From Podarcis filfolensis (taxonomy: Eukaryota): 64,000 nucleotides of DNA. Below the pieces are notes generated by a model. The model did not search any database and was not told where the DNA came from. It was given only the letters and a program-made list of their open reading frames with translations. Position 1 is the stretch's first letter, and the number at the start of each line of letters is the position of its first letter. The stretch is from NCBI GenBank assembly GCA_964270895.1, contig OZ185446.1; one strand, written 5' to 3'. The position numbers were made by a program, and so were the translations under genes. Shown here one piece after another: positions 1-11,339 of the stretch.

Positions 1-30
1 AGTAGCCTATTTCCTTGTTCCTTTTCCTAG

Positions 31-71
31 AAAAAGAACTTTGGAAGGAAAAGGTTGTGGTTTATGAAAAG
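31..71 (+). other. Candidate 41-nt internal exon, probably 5'UTR of an upstream KIAA1217 transcript
   Basis: A strong polypyrimidine tract and acceptor (tttccttgttccttttcctag, 10-30) is followed by a purine-rich 41-mer and an AAG|gtacaa donor. No homology recognised. Confidence 0.3.
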
Positions 72-395
72 GTACAATGTATTTTTTTTTTAAAAAAATA
101 TTGCTTTCTTTCATGCATTTGGTTACTGGATAGAAATGGTTGCATGTCTGAGGTTCCCCTGCCGTCATCCACAATTCCAATTTTGTTCTTCAGAATAAAG
201 CACTGCCAGAACTTGTTCACTGACCTAAAGCAGCTGAGGCTTCCCATAATACTTCTTAGGGAGCTGACAAACAAGTATTTTGCTGCTTCGTGGGATGCTA
301 CATCAATATGATGTTTACTTCATAACAAGCACGGTTAGAACTCAGAGGTTTAGTGGAGTCTGGGGGCACACAGACAGACAGACAGTCAGACACGC

Positions 396-423
396 GTGTG
401 TGTGTGTGTGTGTGTGTGTGTGT
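396..423. repeat. (GT)n microsatellite
   Basis: Perfect dinucleotide run. Confidence 0.95.
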
Positions 424-1694
424 AGTTGTGGAAAGAATATCATGGCTTTAGAAATCTCAAAAGCAGATGAAAGGAGGACGGATGCTCGGGGGATGGCAGG
501 GAGAGACCTGTAGTGGCAAAGAAGTCAGGAGCAGAATGTGTATGGCAGGGCCAGGGAGGAACATTAATCTCCTAAGGGAAATTAATCACAAAATGAGACA
601 AGGCTTGGGAAGCAGTGAATGAAAAACAACAACAACACAAACCCCAGCAACTACAGGGTCCAGAAACTGACTTGTCAGCTGCCCTTGGCCTTTTTGACCC
701 ATTAATGAGAGGATGGAGCCATACAGCATATTTTGCCAAGTTAGACAGCTTGAAATAGAGCTTTAACTATTTTAAGTTCCAAAGTGTGTGTGTGTGTGAG
801 AGAGAATATACTAGGTTCGTATTTCAGAAAGAAGGAAGCTGGGGATTGCGTTTGTGAGATGACCTCCTTGCACAGCCACCTTTGCCAGTCTGGTGCCTCT
901 CGCTGTCTTGGGCTGCAACATCCCTTGGCATCAGCCTGCATGGCCAATTTGTTTGGTAGCCCCAGGCAGCACAGGAATAGTCGGCACCTCTCCTTGTGGG
1001 TGAAAAGATGGCAAATATATTTTAAAGATTTCACAAAAGGCCTGGCTATTGCAGGGTTTAGAAATACTTCTCAGCCCATCAGAGGTTTCTTGTTTCTGGT
1101 GGAATGGCAATTAAAGTAATAGTTTGGAACACAGTCATATTGGGCCTTCTTGTTTAGCACTGCGGTGAGATCACCTCTAACCCTAGAGACAACTTGGCAT
1201 TATGACTATGCAGTAAACTGCGAGTCAGAGAGAACACGGAAAATCAAGAAGAGAATAAGAATTGTGTTACTTGGTCAGACCAAATGCCCGTCTAGTATAG
1301 CACTTGGGTTCTTACAACTAGATGGCCCAAGAATCTCACAAACAAGTCATCCTCTATCCACAACATCTGCTAACCTACTAACGATGGGTACTCCATTTAG
1401 CTATTATGGCTAGTATTTGCTCTCCGTCTTGAACGTATCTTAATTCTTTTGAAAGCCATCTGCGCTAGTGACGATCGCAACATCTTGTTTCTAGACCAGT
1501 TCCTAGTGCCCTTCAGATGTTTGGGACCACAACTCCCTTGACCCCATAGCCAGCATGACCAGTGATCAGGAGTTGTAATATGAGTTGTAGTTCAATACTT
1601 GCCTGCTTGGTTGCTGCTATTTTTGTAGCTGCCTCTTCTGGTTAGGAAACAAAGTGCCCTATAGCTGGTTGCCTGAACATTTCCCTGACCTGGG

Positions 1695-1823
1695 CTTCTG
1701 GTTGTAGGATGCTTTGCTTCTCATAACACCAAGGCTCCTGGTTCAATCCCTGTATATTCCTGCCTTGCGGGGGGCTGGACTAGATGATCCTCAGGGCATC
1801 TTCCAACTCTGTGATTCTGTGAT
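1695..1823 (+). mobile_element. Degraded tRNA-derived SINE with CR1-like 3' tail
   Basis: B-box-like ggttcaatccc followed by the typical tail ggggctggactagatgatcctcagggcatcttccaactctgtgattctgtgat. Confidence 0.6.
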
Positions 1824-2703
1824 ACTCTATCTGCCTGCTGCCCCATCTGTTTGTCTCCTAGGAACAGCCAAGCAAAATGGGGCAGAGGACCGACATAGCA
1901 GCATTCCATTTGTTGGCCTGCTCAAGACAGGCATTAGTACAAAATGAGAGCTCATAGCAAATCCACAGTATTTTGAAGTCCTTTTTAAATTATTAGGTCA
2001 GTCTTCAGCCTAATACTTCAGATCTCAGTTATGCAAATGTTTACGGTGGCAACAGGGAGAGTCGCTTTCTCAGACTGGAAAAACACATTTATTGACTCAT
2101 GAATTTTCAGAAAGTATGCGATAACTAATATTAATCTCAATAGAGTTCTGCACTTGGCTGACTTAAATATTTTTTCCCAATCAAAATACTGCCATTTATG
2201 CTGTCAGTCAGAACTGAGCATCCAACTTCATATACCCTTTATTTGAGGGGAATAACAGAAAAGAAGTATGTGAAAACACATCGGGAGTATTTAATAAACA
2301 TTATTGGAAAGTAAACAGTTGTTCTGTTTAATCCTGTTTTTCCACATACGGCACTTGTAACAAAAGAAGACTTTATCCTTTTAGTTCTTATACCTTGTAT
2401 CCTCCCTTTTTGAAGGAGTGCATAGTAGCATTTTACTCTCACAACAACCCTGTAAGGTAGGTTGTGCTGAAAGCTGGAGGCTTTCCAAAAGCCACCTAGG
2501 GAGGATCATAGTACCTGTTGGGGGGGGGGGTTCCAAACCTGAATCCTGCAATTAATGGGACTGAACGGCCTATGGATAATTTATTTTTTAATTTAATTTT
2601 CCTATATGTATAGCCTGCCTTTTTTCTGTCATGGAAATCAAGGGTGTGGATATATGGCTCCTAGGTGACACCCATACTTGCTTAGGTTCAGCAAGACCAT
2701 ACC

Positions 2704-2871
2704 CAGTGGCGTAGCGTGGGTTGTCAGCACCCGGGGCAAGGCAAGTAATTTGCACCCCCTAACCCGTGGATTTGCGCCCCCTAACCCGTGGATTTGCGCC
2801 CCCTAACCCTAACCCCCAGATGTTGCGCCCGGTGTGGCCGGCCCCCCTGCACCCCCCACGCTACGCCAGTG
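2704..2871. mobile_element. hAT-type MITE with internal 22-bp tandem repeat
   Basis: TIRs cagtggcgtagcgtgg / ccacgctacgccagtg (1 mismatch) and a perfect 8-bp TSD accatacc (2696-2703, 2872-2879). Confidence 0.85.
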
Positions 2872-3597
2872 ACCATACCTTGAGTGACTGCATTGCAGTG
2901 AGTTGGACTAGATGGCCTTTGGTGTCCCCTAGAACTACAGTTCTATGATCCTGTGACCAGTACTTTGCCACTGTCAATGAGTCTGAATAATTCTACTGCT
3001 TTCATATTGACGTCAGTGGTGGAGTTTACCATAGGCTAAACCAGTGATTCACAGTTTCCCCCCCTGCATGTACCACTTGAAAATTTTGAGGGTCTTGGCA
3101 GACCAGTTAATGGGTTCTCTGCTTGTTGACACACTTGCAATGTGCTGTGCTAGATGCTGTAAGATTTTTAATTGCATTTTTATTGCATTGCAGTTTGAAT
3201 TTTGTTGCTCCTGCCGTTCTTCACAAACACAATAGAATATTTGAAGCCATGGGATTGCACCCCTGTTCCCCTCTCCTGGCTTTCGTTTCCCCTGCCAGCC
3301 TTAACCAGGGTTTCCTCTTACATTTAAGCAGGAACCTTATTTGTGGTAACTGTGGTTACCATTCGTGAAACACAGCTAAGTCAGGGGTGGGAGATTCTCC
3401 TCTGAGAGATGGGAGGGACGGGACGGGCTGTGTCTGGTTGTTCTACCATGTGGATCAAAGCTACTGCCATTGCAGAATCTCCTCTTATGGCTTTTCCAGA
3501 GTTGTCATTCTTCTGTTCCATCAACTTTGCCATGCTGATGAACAGAGGATATTCTCATCTGTCTCACAGTAGCCATCACAACTGAATGGAACCCCAG

Positions 3598-3708
3598 CAT
3601 GGGTGCAGCCAGCATTTTTGTTAGGGGGAGCAGAACCTCAGTTAGCTATGTATTTTTATCTATTTTTATTGATTTAGGGGGGCAGCTGCCCCCCCAGCTG
3701 CGCCCATG
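3598..3708. mobile_element. hAT-type MITE
   Basis: TIRs catgggtgcagc / gctgcgcccatg and an 8-bp TSD aaccccag / aaccgcag (1 mismatch). Confidence 0.75.
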
Positions 3709-4187
3709 AACCGCAGTGTTTGTAGCATACCTCTGAACAGCAGGTCCTGGCGATGACAAAAAGGGAATGCTTATTTGGGAGTTTGCAGAGACATCTGACT
3801 AGCTATTGTTGGAAGCTGGCTCTTAGACTACCTTCTTCTTCCTTTGAATATAGTATGGCAATTCTTCCATTTATAAGTTAGCTACAACATCAAACAATAT
3901 TTTGAATCTCCATATAAAAGGATCTCAGATAACAAGGTTGAGAGATCTCATTGCATGAAACCCAGTGAGCTATTGTCACTCAAGATACCGAGCTAAATGG
4001 ATTGCTTGTCTCCTGCATGTGCCAAGGTTAGCTCTTTTTATCCTTAAAATATAGGAACAAGATCAAGTTATAAAGGTGGGGCTGTGCCAGGATGAAATCT
4101 ATTATCAATTCCAATGCCTGCTGGGGTTTTTTTTTTTAATGACCTCATGGCTTCATTCCTTTAGAGCAAATATTGTGCTTAGCTGTA

Positions 4188-4540
4188 AGGTAAAGGTAAG
4201 GGGACCCATGACCATTAGGTCCAGTCGTGACCGACTCTGGGGTTGTGGTGCTCACCTCGCTTTATTGGCCGAGGGAGCTGGCATACAGCTTCCAGGTTGT
4301 GTGGCCAGCATGACGAAGCTGCTTCTGGCAAACCAGAGCAGTGCATGGAAATGCCATTTACCTTCCCGCCGGAGTGGTACCTATTTATCTACTTCTACTT
4401 TGATGTGCTTTTGAACTGCTAGGTTGGTAGGAGCAGGGACTGAGCAACAGGAGCTCATCTGTTGCGGGGATTCGAACCGCCACCTTCTGATCAACAAGTC
4501 CTAGGCTCTGTGGTTTAACCCACAGCGCCACCCGCGTCCC
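4188..4540 (-). mobile_element. Sauria SINE, full length
   Basis: tRNA-related head at the right end (reverse complement gggacgcgggtggcgctgtgggttaaacc), ACCTTT-type tail at the left, and TSD tgcttagctgta (4176-4187, 4542-4553). Confidence 0.92.
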
Positions 4541-5147
4541 ATGCTTAGCTGTAGACTCGAGCAAATGTTACAGGCTCCAGAAAAATGCCAGGGAACAGGG
4601 CAACCAACTTTTAGGAGCATGATAAGGAAAAACGCTAAAGTAGGAATGCATTTGTTTGAAATGGACATCTGGGTATTGAATGTAGTGACAATGATCCCTT
4701 TGCTCAGATGTAAACTGCACATCTGGATTGCGATTTCCACTCTTTTACCTTGCTAGGTGAGGCAGCCTTATTGCACTGTATGCCTGCCCAGCGGCAGGTC
4801 TTTACATGCCAGAAGATGCTCCCCCCACGTAACTGTTGCTGACAGAGCATCTGTTTCTCGCTATTGGTTTGAAATTCCACCAGTGAAGAACAGTTGTCTG
4901 TTTTTGTATTGCAACATGCATTTACATTCCACAGGTCTGGTAAATCTTACTCTCTGCCACCCAGCGACTTTTATTTAGAGCATATTCCATCAGCAGGCAC
5001 TGCAGTTTAAATGCAGCTGCACGGCACAGATTCTTCACAGTGGTGAAGTCTGCTGAAAAAGGAAGAAAGATTTTGGATTGGTTTTTTTGTTTTGCTCTGT
5101 GCATGCTTGCCCTGTGTATCATCAGGTAACATCCCTGCATATTCACG

Positions 5148-5367
5148 ATGTCCAAACCTTCTCGCTTAGCCAGACCGCTGTCTACTAACGCAGCATCTAG
5201 ACTGCCTTTGTCTAGGAAAGAAGACTTTAGTGGCAAAATGAGGAAAATTAGTTTAGGTGAAAAGATTTTGAGAGCTGGCAGTGAAGGGAACCTGATTAAG
5301 CAGCAGCAGCAGCAGCAGGTGCAAACCACAGAAAGACTTCTTTTGCGGAGGGCTCCAATTCTGAAAG
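5148..5367 (+). CDS. KIAA1217: Putative alternative first coding exon of sickle tail protein homolog (73 aa + phase 1: MSKPSRLARPLSTNAASRLPLSRKEDFSGKMRKISLGEKILRAGSEGNLIKQQQQQQVQTTERLLLRRAPILK)
   Basis: ATG has A at -3, an in-frame TAA lies at 5127, and the open frame runs to a strong donor AAG|gtaaag (GT at 5368). The splice phase (1) is the same as for the canonical first exon at 62099-62168, on the same strand. Gene assignment rests mainly on position and phase. Confidence 0.7.
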
Positions 5368-7088
5368 GTAAAGCTCTGTTTTTCTCTCTTAAATGAAGAG
5401 CCCGGCAGATTAGAGTTTTTTGGAATGAGGCAAACTACCTTTAATAGTGCAGCCACAATTACAGTGTAAAGAAAACCGGGGAGATAAAAGATTGATGTTG
5501 TGTTGGCAGTGCACTAACTGTGCTTAATAAGATCTTGTAATAGCAAAGGTATTTTGTCTGTGGTTTAAACCAAGACTTGCAGGCTGAAAAAGTTAATGAT
5601 CCACAAGGGTTAGTAATGCATGTATCACTCTTCACAGCTTTATTTATTTTTTAATGAACTCTTAACTTACACATTGTACAACTTCAAGGGTTATGAATAA
5701 ACGGATGCTGAAAATGGGATGTGAAATTGTGAAATAATGTGGAAAGGATGGAAGGTAATAAGTACATGGCGTTCTCTGCTGGACTGTCTCATTCTGCACA
5801 GTGGAGCAAAACTGTAGCTCCCGAATCCAGCAAACCAGCTCTGAAAAGAAATACCACAGACAGAAGCATTTTGAAAGGTGCAGACCTGCAGGGAATGAGC
5901 AAAGACGCTTGGCGAAGTAGTGGAATAATGAATACTCTTACACATCTCCTGATCTCCTGAACGAGATACTTGAGAAACTGTAGTGTGATAGGCAGCGTTT
6001 TCCCCCTGCAATTTATAACCAGTGGGAAGTGGAGACTTCAGTTGTATTATGAATCCTAAGGCTGGATTTGCAGGGCGTTATGAAATAAGAGCATCAGTCT
6101 CCTAAATGATTTCCCCCTCATCTTTTAGTGGCCTGGGGGTGGAGGTGGAAAGGAACCCTTTCCTTTCATAAATGGCAGCCAATTTCGCTGTCCATTACAA
6201 GCAGTTAAATCACAGACTTTGGAACTTGAAACTGTAGAGGTTCACTTTATGCACACACACACACATGGAACATCAAAAGCTTATAGGTTTTGTTGCTATT
6301 CTGGACAGGATGTTTTTCAACCGTGGTCCCCGCCTCCCCGGCTTGCCTGTTGCATGATTTTTGTTATTAAGAAGAAGGGAGGTGATGACACTTTATATTG
6401 CCTAGTGAGATGGACAGTGTGTTTGTACCAAAGGCTCTCTGGGACATATAAAAGACAGGCAGAGAAGCAAATGGCAAAACACTGCTTTTGGGGAGGGAGC
6501 TTAAAATGTCTGATCTTGCTTGTAGCGAAATGTGCATATTTGGCAGCTGACATGGACACTTCCCTTTGAAGATGAGAAAGAGGCTAAAAATCTTTGTTTT
6601 GAGAAATAGCAAGGTAAAAATAAATTCTCATTAGTAGCAGTACCCATCCATCTCTCCATCTGCACACCAGGCGGACTTGTAATTTGACTGTGGGATAGAA
6701 GGTAATGTTGAAATTTACCGAGGTTCCCCCACCCTTTCTTATCTGTGTTGTGTTTTCTACCATTTTTTTTTTAAAGCTACTCAGACAATGCCTTAAAAAA
6801 TTGCCTCCTCTTGCAGCTCCTGAAATGTTGCCTTATGATCAGAAAGTTGCAGGCCTTTCCCCAGTGCTGAGTTTTACAGAATATTAAGTGATGCTTTTAG
6901 GGAACATGACTTTTATGAAGCTCCTGAGGCATGCTTCTACCTGTTGCAGCTCAAGTGTTTTTAGTGCTACATAATATTCTATGATGAACAGCGATGGCTA
7001 GTACAGACTGGTGTTTTAAATTTGCTCTTAAAGCTCCTGTAGAAAGAAAGAAGAAAAAACACACACCCAGTGGCTAAAAGTCAAATGG

Positions 7089-7092
<4 letters not shown>

Positions 7093-7125
<33 letters not shown>
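7093..7125. repeat. (TG)n microsatellite
   Basis: Perfect dinucleotide run. Confidence 0.95.
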
Positions 7126-7128
<3 letters not shown>

Positions 7129-8864
7129 CTTTCGGCATTCAGAGTACTGTGTTTGTTTTGTAGAGCATGAATTGATTCCTGTTACGCATTGCATAACATT
7201 GCACATGTGTGTACACATAAGGCAAAGCATTTAAGAAAATTACTTTGGGGAAGAAAGTTAGAAAATGCCTGTTGTGCTTAGTGTCAGGAGCCATATATGA
7301 AATATATGGGGAGGGGGATATTTCTAAATAAACATGCACAGGATTGTGATATGGTTCTTTGTTACAGTGACCTGGGAGTTGGAGAGCCATGTTGAGTAGG
7401 TCAGTGACATACCACTATGTACTGAGCACCAAGGGCACATGTGACTGTAGCAGGTTTTGCATGTCCATAGTTATGAGTGGACACTCAGGTGAAATCTGCA
7501 AACAAACACTGTGAAAATCTCTGCATAGCTGAGTCCCCAGTCTCTGACAGCGATGTCAGAGTGTCCTTCCTAGAAGGATAAGTGATCAGTGGCTGTGCTG
7601 GAGTTTTAAAGATGGTGGTTTGCATGCAAAATGGGTTGAGATGCTGGTCTCACCTGGATGTAAGTGACAGTATCATGGAGCTAAATGTAAAATGGCCTCA
7701 GATCGTAGGTTTAATGCTGACCTGAAACAATTGCCTTCTACCCACCCAATTCTTTCCTGCTGAACCTGTTGCCATCAAGAGTCCCCACATTCATTAGAAG
7801 CACATAGACAGCTGTTTCTTGTTGGGCTGGAGGCTTCAAGATGGAGAAAACTCTTAAAAGCTTAAGAGTAGTAAAACTGGCATGGTGTTTGTTTGTTTCT
7901 AGGCAACCCTGGCTAGAGCATAGAATTTCTGATTCCCCCTCTGTGTACACTGTAGCAAAGTTTTAACGCTGGGTTTTGTTCAATGTTCTCTGGATGTCCC
8001 CAACTGGGGCTGAAGCTTTTGCACAATTTGGGGCACATCTGCATAAAAACTTCCTGTGATCCCAGTACAACACTGTAGCATTTTAAAAAAACCCAAGCCC
8101 TAGAAGTTCAAGAAGTCCTAGAAGCTGCCTCTTCTAATTGATAACTGGTAAGGATTATTGCTCATGTCCATGTATTTCAAAATATAGTTGTGACACAGAA
8201 GAACACGTTGGGCAAGGAGCGTGGATTAAAGCTTCAGAACAGGGAGAAGTGTGCAGTTCTAATGTGCCTAGAACAATGGGAGTTTCAAACGCTGGTCTCT
8301 GTATCTATGAAGTGTCCCTTCATAGTAAACTGGAATAATGCATAGGAAGTAGATTCAAGATGGTGTGATTTAAAGATTTTATAGCAAAGGTTCCATTACT
8401 CTGTAATGGAATTACTTGTACATTCCAACACAGATGTGCGTGTTCTATATTTGCTAAATACATCAGATGGAAACTAAGCTGAGGGTATGAACAGGTCCTA
8501 GACTGCCCATGGTTTTGGTAAGTGTGCTGAAAGTCAAGTGTCTCTCTGGAACACATGTGAATGCACACACATGTAGACACCCTCATGCTTTTGGTTTTGG
8601 CTCTGGTTTTCTGAGCTGAGCACGCAGCAATTAAGTGCTGAAAAGTCAGGCATGCGTGTAGGGATGCTAGTTTGTCTACTGCTGCTTATAGTACAGGATT
8701 GCCACCAATTTGTTGAAATAATTGTACGTGAAGCAAAAGAAGTTGCTTTGCTGTGCAAGGAGATACCATTGCCCAGCTTAATAAGGGCCAAATTATATGT
8801 TCCATTAAATGTGTGATTAAACATGCTACTGACTGCAGTGGCACTTTTTCTCCAGAATCAAATA

Positions 8865-9106
8865 CAGTGGTACCTCGGGTTAAGTACTTAATTCGTTCCG
8901 GAGGTCCGTTCTTAACCTGAAACTGTTCTTAACCTAAAGCAGTACTTTAGCTAATGGGGCCTCCTGCTGCTGCTGCGCCACCGCTGAACGATTTCTGTTC
9001 TCATCCTGAAGCAAAGTTCTTAACCTGAGGTACTATTTCTGGGTTAGCGGAGTCTGTAACCTGAAGCGTATGTAACCTGAAGCGTATGTAACCCGAGGTA
9101 CCACTG
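8865..9106. mobile_element. Tc1/pogo (Tigger-like) MITE, family A
   Basis: TIRs cagtggtacctcgggtta / taacccgaggtaccactg with TA TSD. Further copies at 29538 and 58450. Confidence 0.92.
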
Positions 9107-10180
9107 TAACAGCTTTTAGAGAGCAGTTTTTTATGTCTACAACAGTATGAGTAGGAAGGACTGAACTCTCTCTTCCTTGTATAACACAGTTCCAGTTATG
9201 ACATATGCATGCCTGGTAGCTTCTATTAAACACCACCAGATAGGTTTGATGCTTTCACACATTTAACCTATCATATAATTTGGTCCTATGTATGTATGCA
9301 TTTTAGTAACGAACGTGACTCGTGTGATCTTTTTACAAAAAGGCATGTTGTAAATTGTGTCAAATAAGATGTGTTTCTGTTGGAGGCCTTAATAAACACA
9401 GGTGGAGTTTTGGAAGCCGGCATCATGGATTGGATCCAGATTTCCCAGGAGCAGGACACTGGAGGAAGAAATGGGCAGTTAGGGGAGGGGAGCAAAGAGA
9501 GATAGGAACTTAGAAAGCTACTTTAAAAATAAATAAATCCAAGATTAGACACATGATAAGTGTTTGAAATGCACAGAGCTTCCCCCCGCCCAACACTTCG
9601 GTACACATCACTTTTCAGTTTCCATACCTGCATGCTACACCAATAGTTTGAAGCAGCAGCTATATTGCTGCTATCCACATCCATGGGTGTCTGTATACTT
9701 TGCAGGTAGTACACATCCATGTTCTTAGCTCACTTACCTCAGTTAGTGTTTCCGTGCCCCACTGGGAGCACGTGCACCGGTTTTTGTTTACCTGTGCCAT
9801 TTTTTATTTTTTATTTTGGGGATGCAAGTTTCCCATTACATCAGACTTTCACAAAACAGTGAGCTCATTGGGTTGTGCCCAGCCCCACCAATAGCCCACT
9901 GGTGAAGCAGAAGCTAAGTTTAAGGTGGAGGTGAACGAAGAGGCGGAAGTGAAGTGGTGGTCCCGAGGGGCAGAAAGGAAGTAGGATGCTCCATTGTGGT
10001 ACACACCCACACAGGTGTGCTGGCTTGCCTCCACGATTGAGGGGGCCGGCGCCATGCCAATGTGCACACGTCACACAAACGACATGCCCACGCATCACGC
10101 GCATGCCACAAGACGCAAGTACGGCACACGGTGTGTGCACGCTGCATGCGCATGTTGCCGTGGAATATTGACGGGCCCAG

Positions 10181-10555
10181 GCATCAATGAAGCTGAATGT
10201 TGGACAATTCAGGACAGATAAAAGAAAGTGCTTCTTCATGCAGCCCATAGTTAAACTTACTCCCACAGGAGGCAGTGATGGCTACCAACCTAGATGCCTT
10301 AATGGAGGACTAGAAAAATTCCAGGAGAGGGCTCTCAGTGGCTACTAGCCATCTTGGCTGTGCTCTGTCTCCACAGTTGGAAGCAATAATGTTTCTGAAT
10401 ACTAGTTGCTGGAAATTGTAAAAGGGGAGTGTGCTCTTGTGCTGAGGCCCTGCTTGCAAGTTTCTCACGGGCATCTGGTTGGCCGCTGTGAGAACAGGAT
10501 GTTGGACTAGATGGGCCATTGGCCTGATCCAGCAGTCTATTCTTATGTTCTTTCA
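10181..10555 (+). mobile_element. CR1 LINE 3' end
   Basis: Encodes MKLNVGQFRTDKRKCFFMQPIVKL, resembling the CR1 ORF2 C-terminus. It continues into the typical 3'UTR ending ggactagatgggccattggcctgatccagcag...ttcttatgttctt. Confidence 0.8.
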
Positions 10556-11339
10556 GTCTCCTTCTCCAGAAAGGATTTGTGACCAGGAAATAGTTGTTAC
10601 CCTCCATTGCAACTGGGGCTTGAAATAGGATTTGAGACACACACAGGATAGTGCTATAAGTTTGGCTGGAATTCTGGATCATGCCCCAATGTTTGTATAA
10701 AAGAGTATTTTGGTTTACCAAGTAGTGCTTTTGCTTCTAGGGCATTATGTAAAGATAATCCTGCAACGAGCAAAACCCATCATGCAACAGTATTCAAACC
10801 CAATCCACTTTTATTGCTACTGTGTTCGATTTTATTAATATATTCTTGTCCTAAATTTTGTTACTGAAACTTTATGATACAGGGTGTTGTAATTTATTTT
10901 TCTTATAAAGCCATGGACAGGTTAAAGCTTGTATATTCTAGAAGTAAACATGATTTCTGCTTTAAACATGAGACATTTTACTCCTGGGACACATTTGCAG
11001 AGTTATGCTTATGGTTTATGTCAGAAAAACGGACACGAGGGACATGCTTTGATATTTTATGACTTAAAACATAAGGCAGTTTAAAATATTTTGTAGCTAG
11101 CTGACCAGAGAAGTATTTTAGTAAAATTTTGTTGGATGGCTGCAGTCAGACAGTTAAAATAATTATCAACAAATCTTTTTAAATGTTAAAGGTTCGCTCT
11201 CTCTTTCTCCTTTAATGTTAAGAGTATCAATAATAATATATCAGCTTAAATTGCAGATCTGGGTAACCTGCTGGGTCCCAAATTTACCATGCTGTTATGC
11301 GTCCTTTCAAATTAAGCGATTAATTCCTGTAGTGCATAA

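Noticed and set aside
3515-3592. Box C/D snoRNA-like pattern (TGATGA 3536, CTGA 3582, terminal stem gttccat/atggaac)
   Set aside because: Box C lacks the 5' purine and is 14 nt from the stem, a competing hairpin (3512-3546) buries it, and I recognise no rRNA or snRNA target for the guide. An Rfam/snoscan hit would reopen it.
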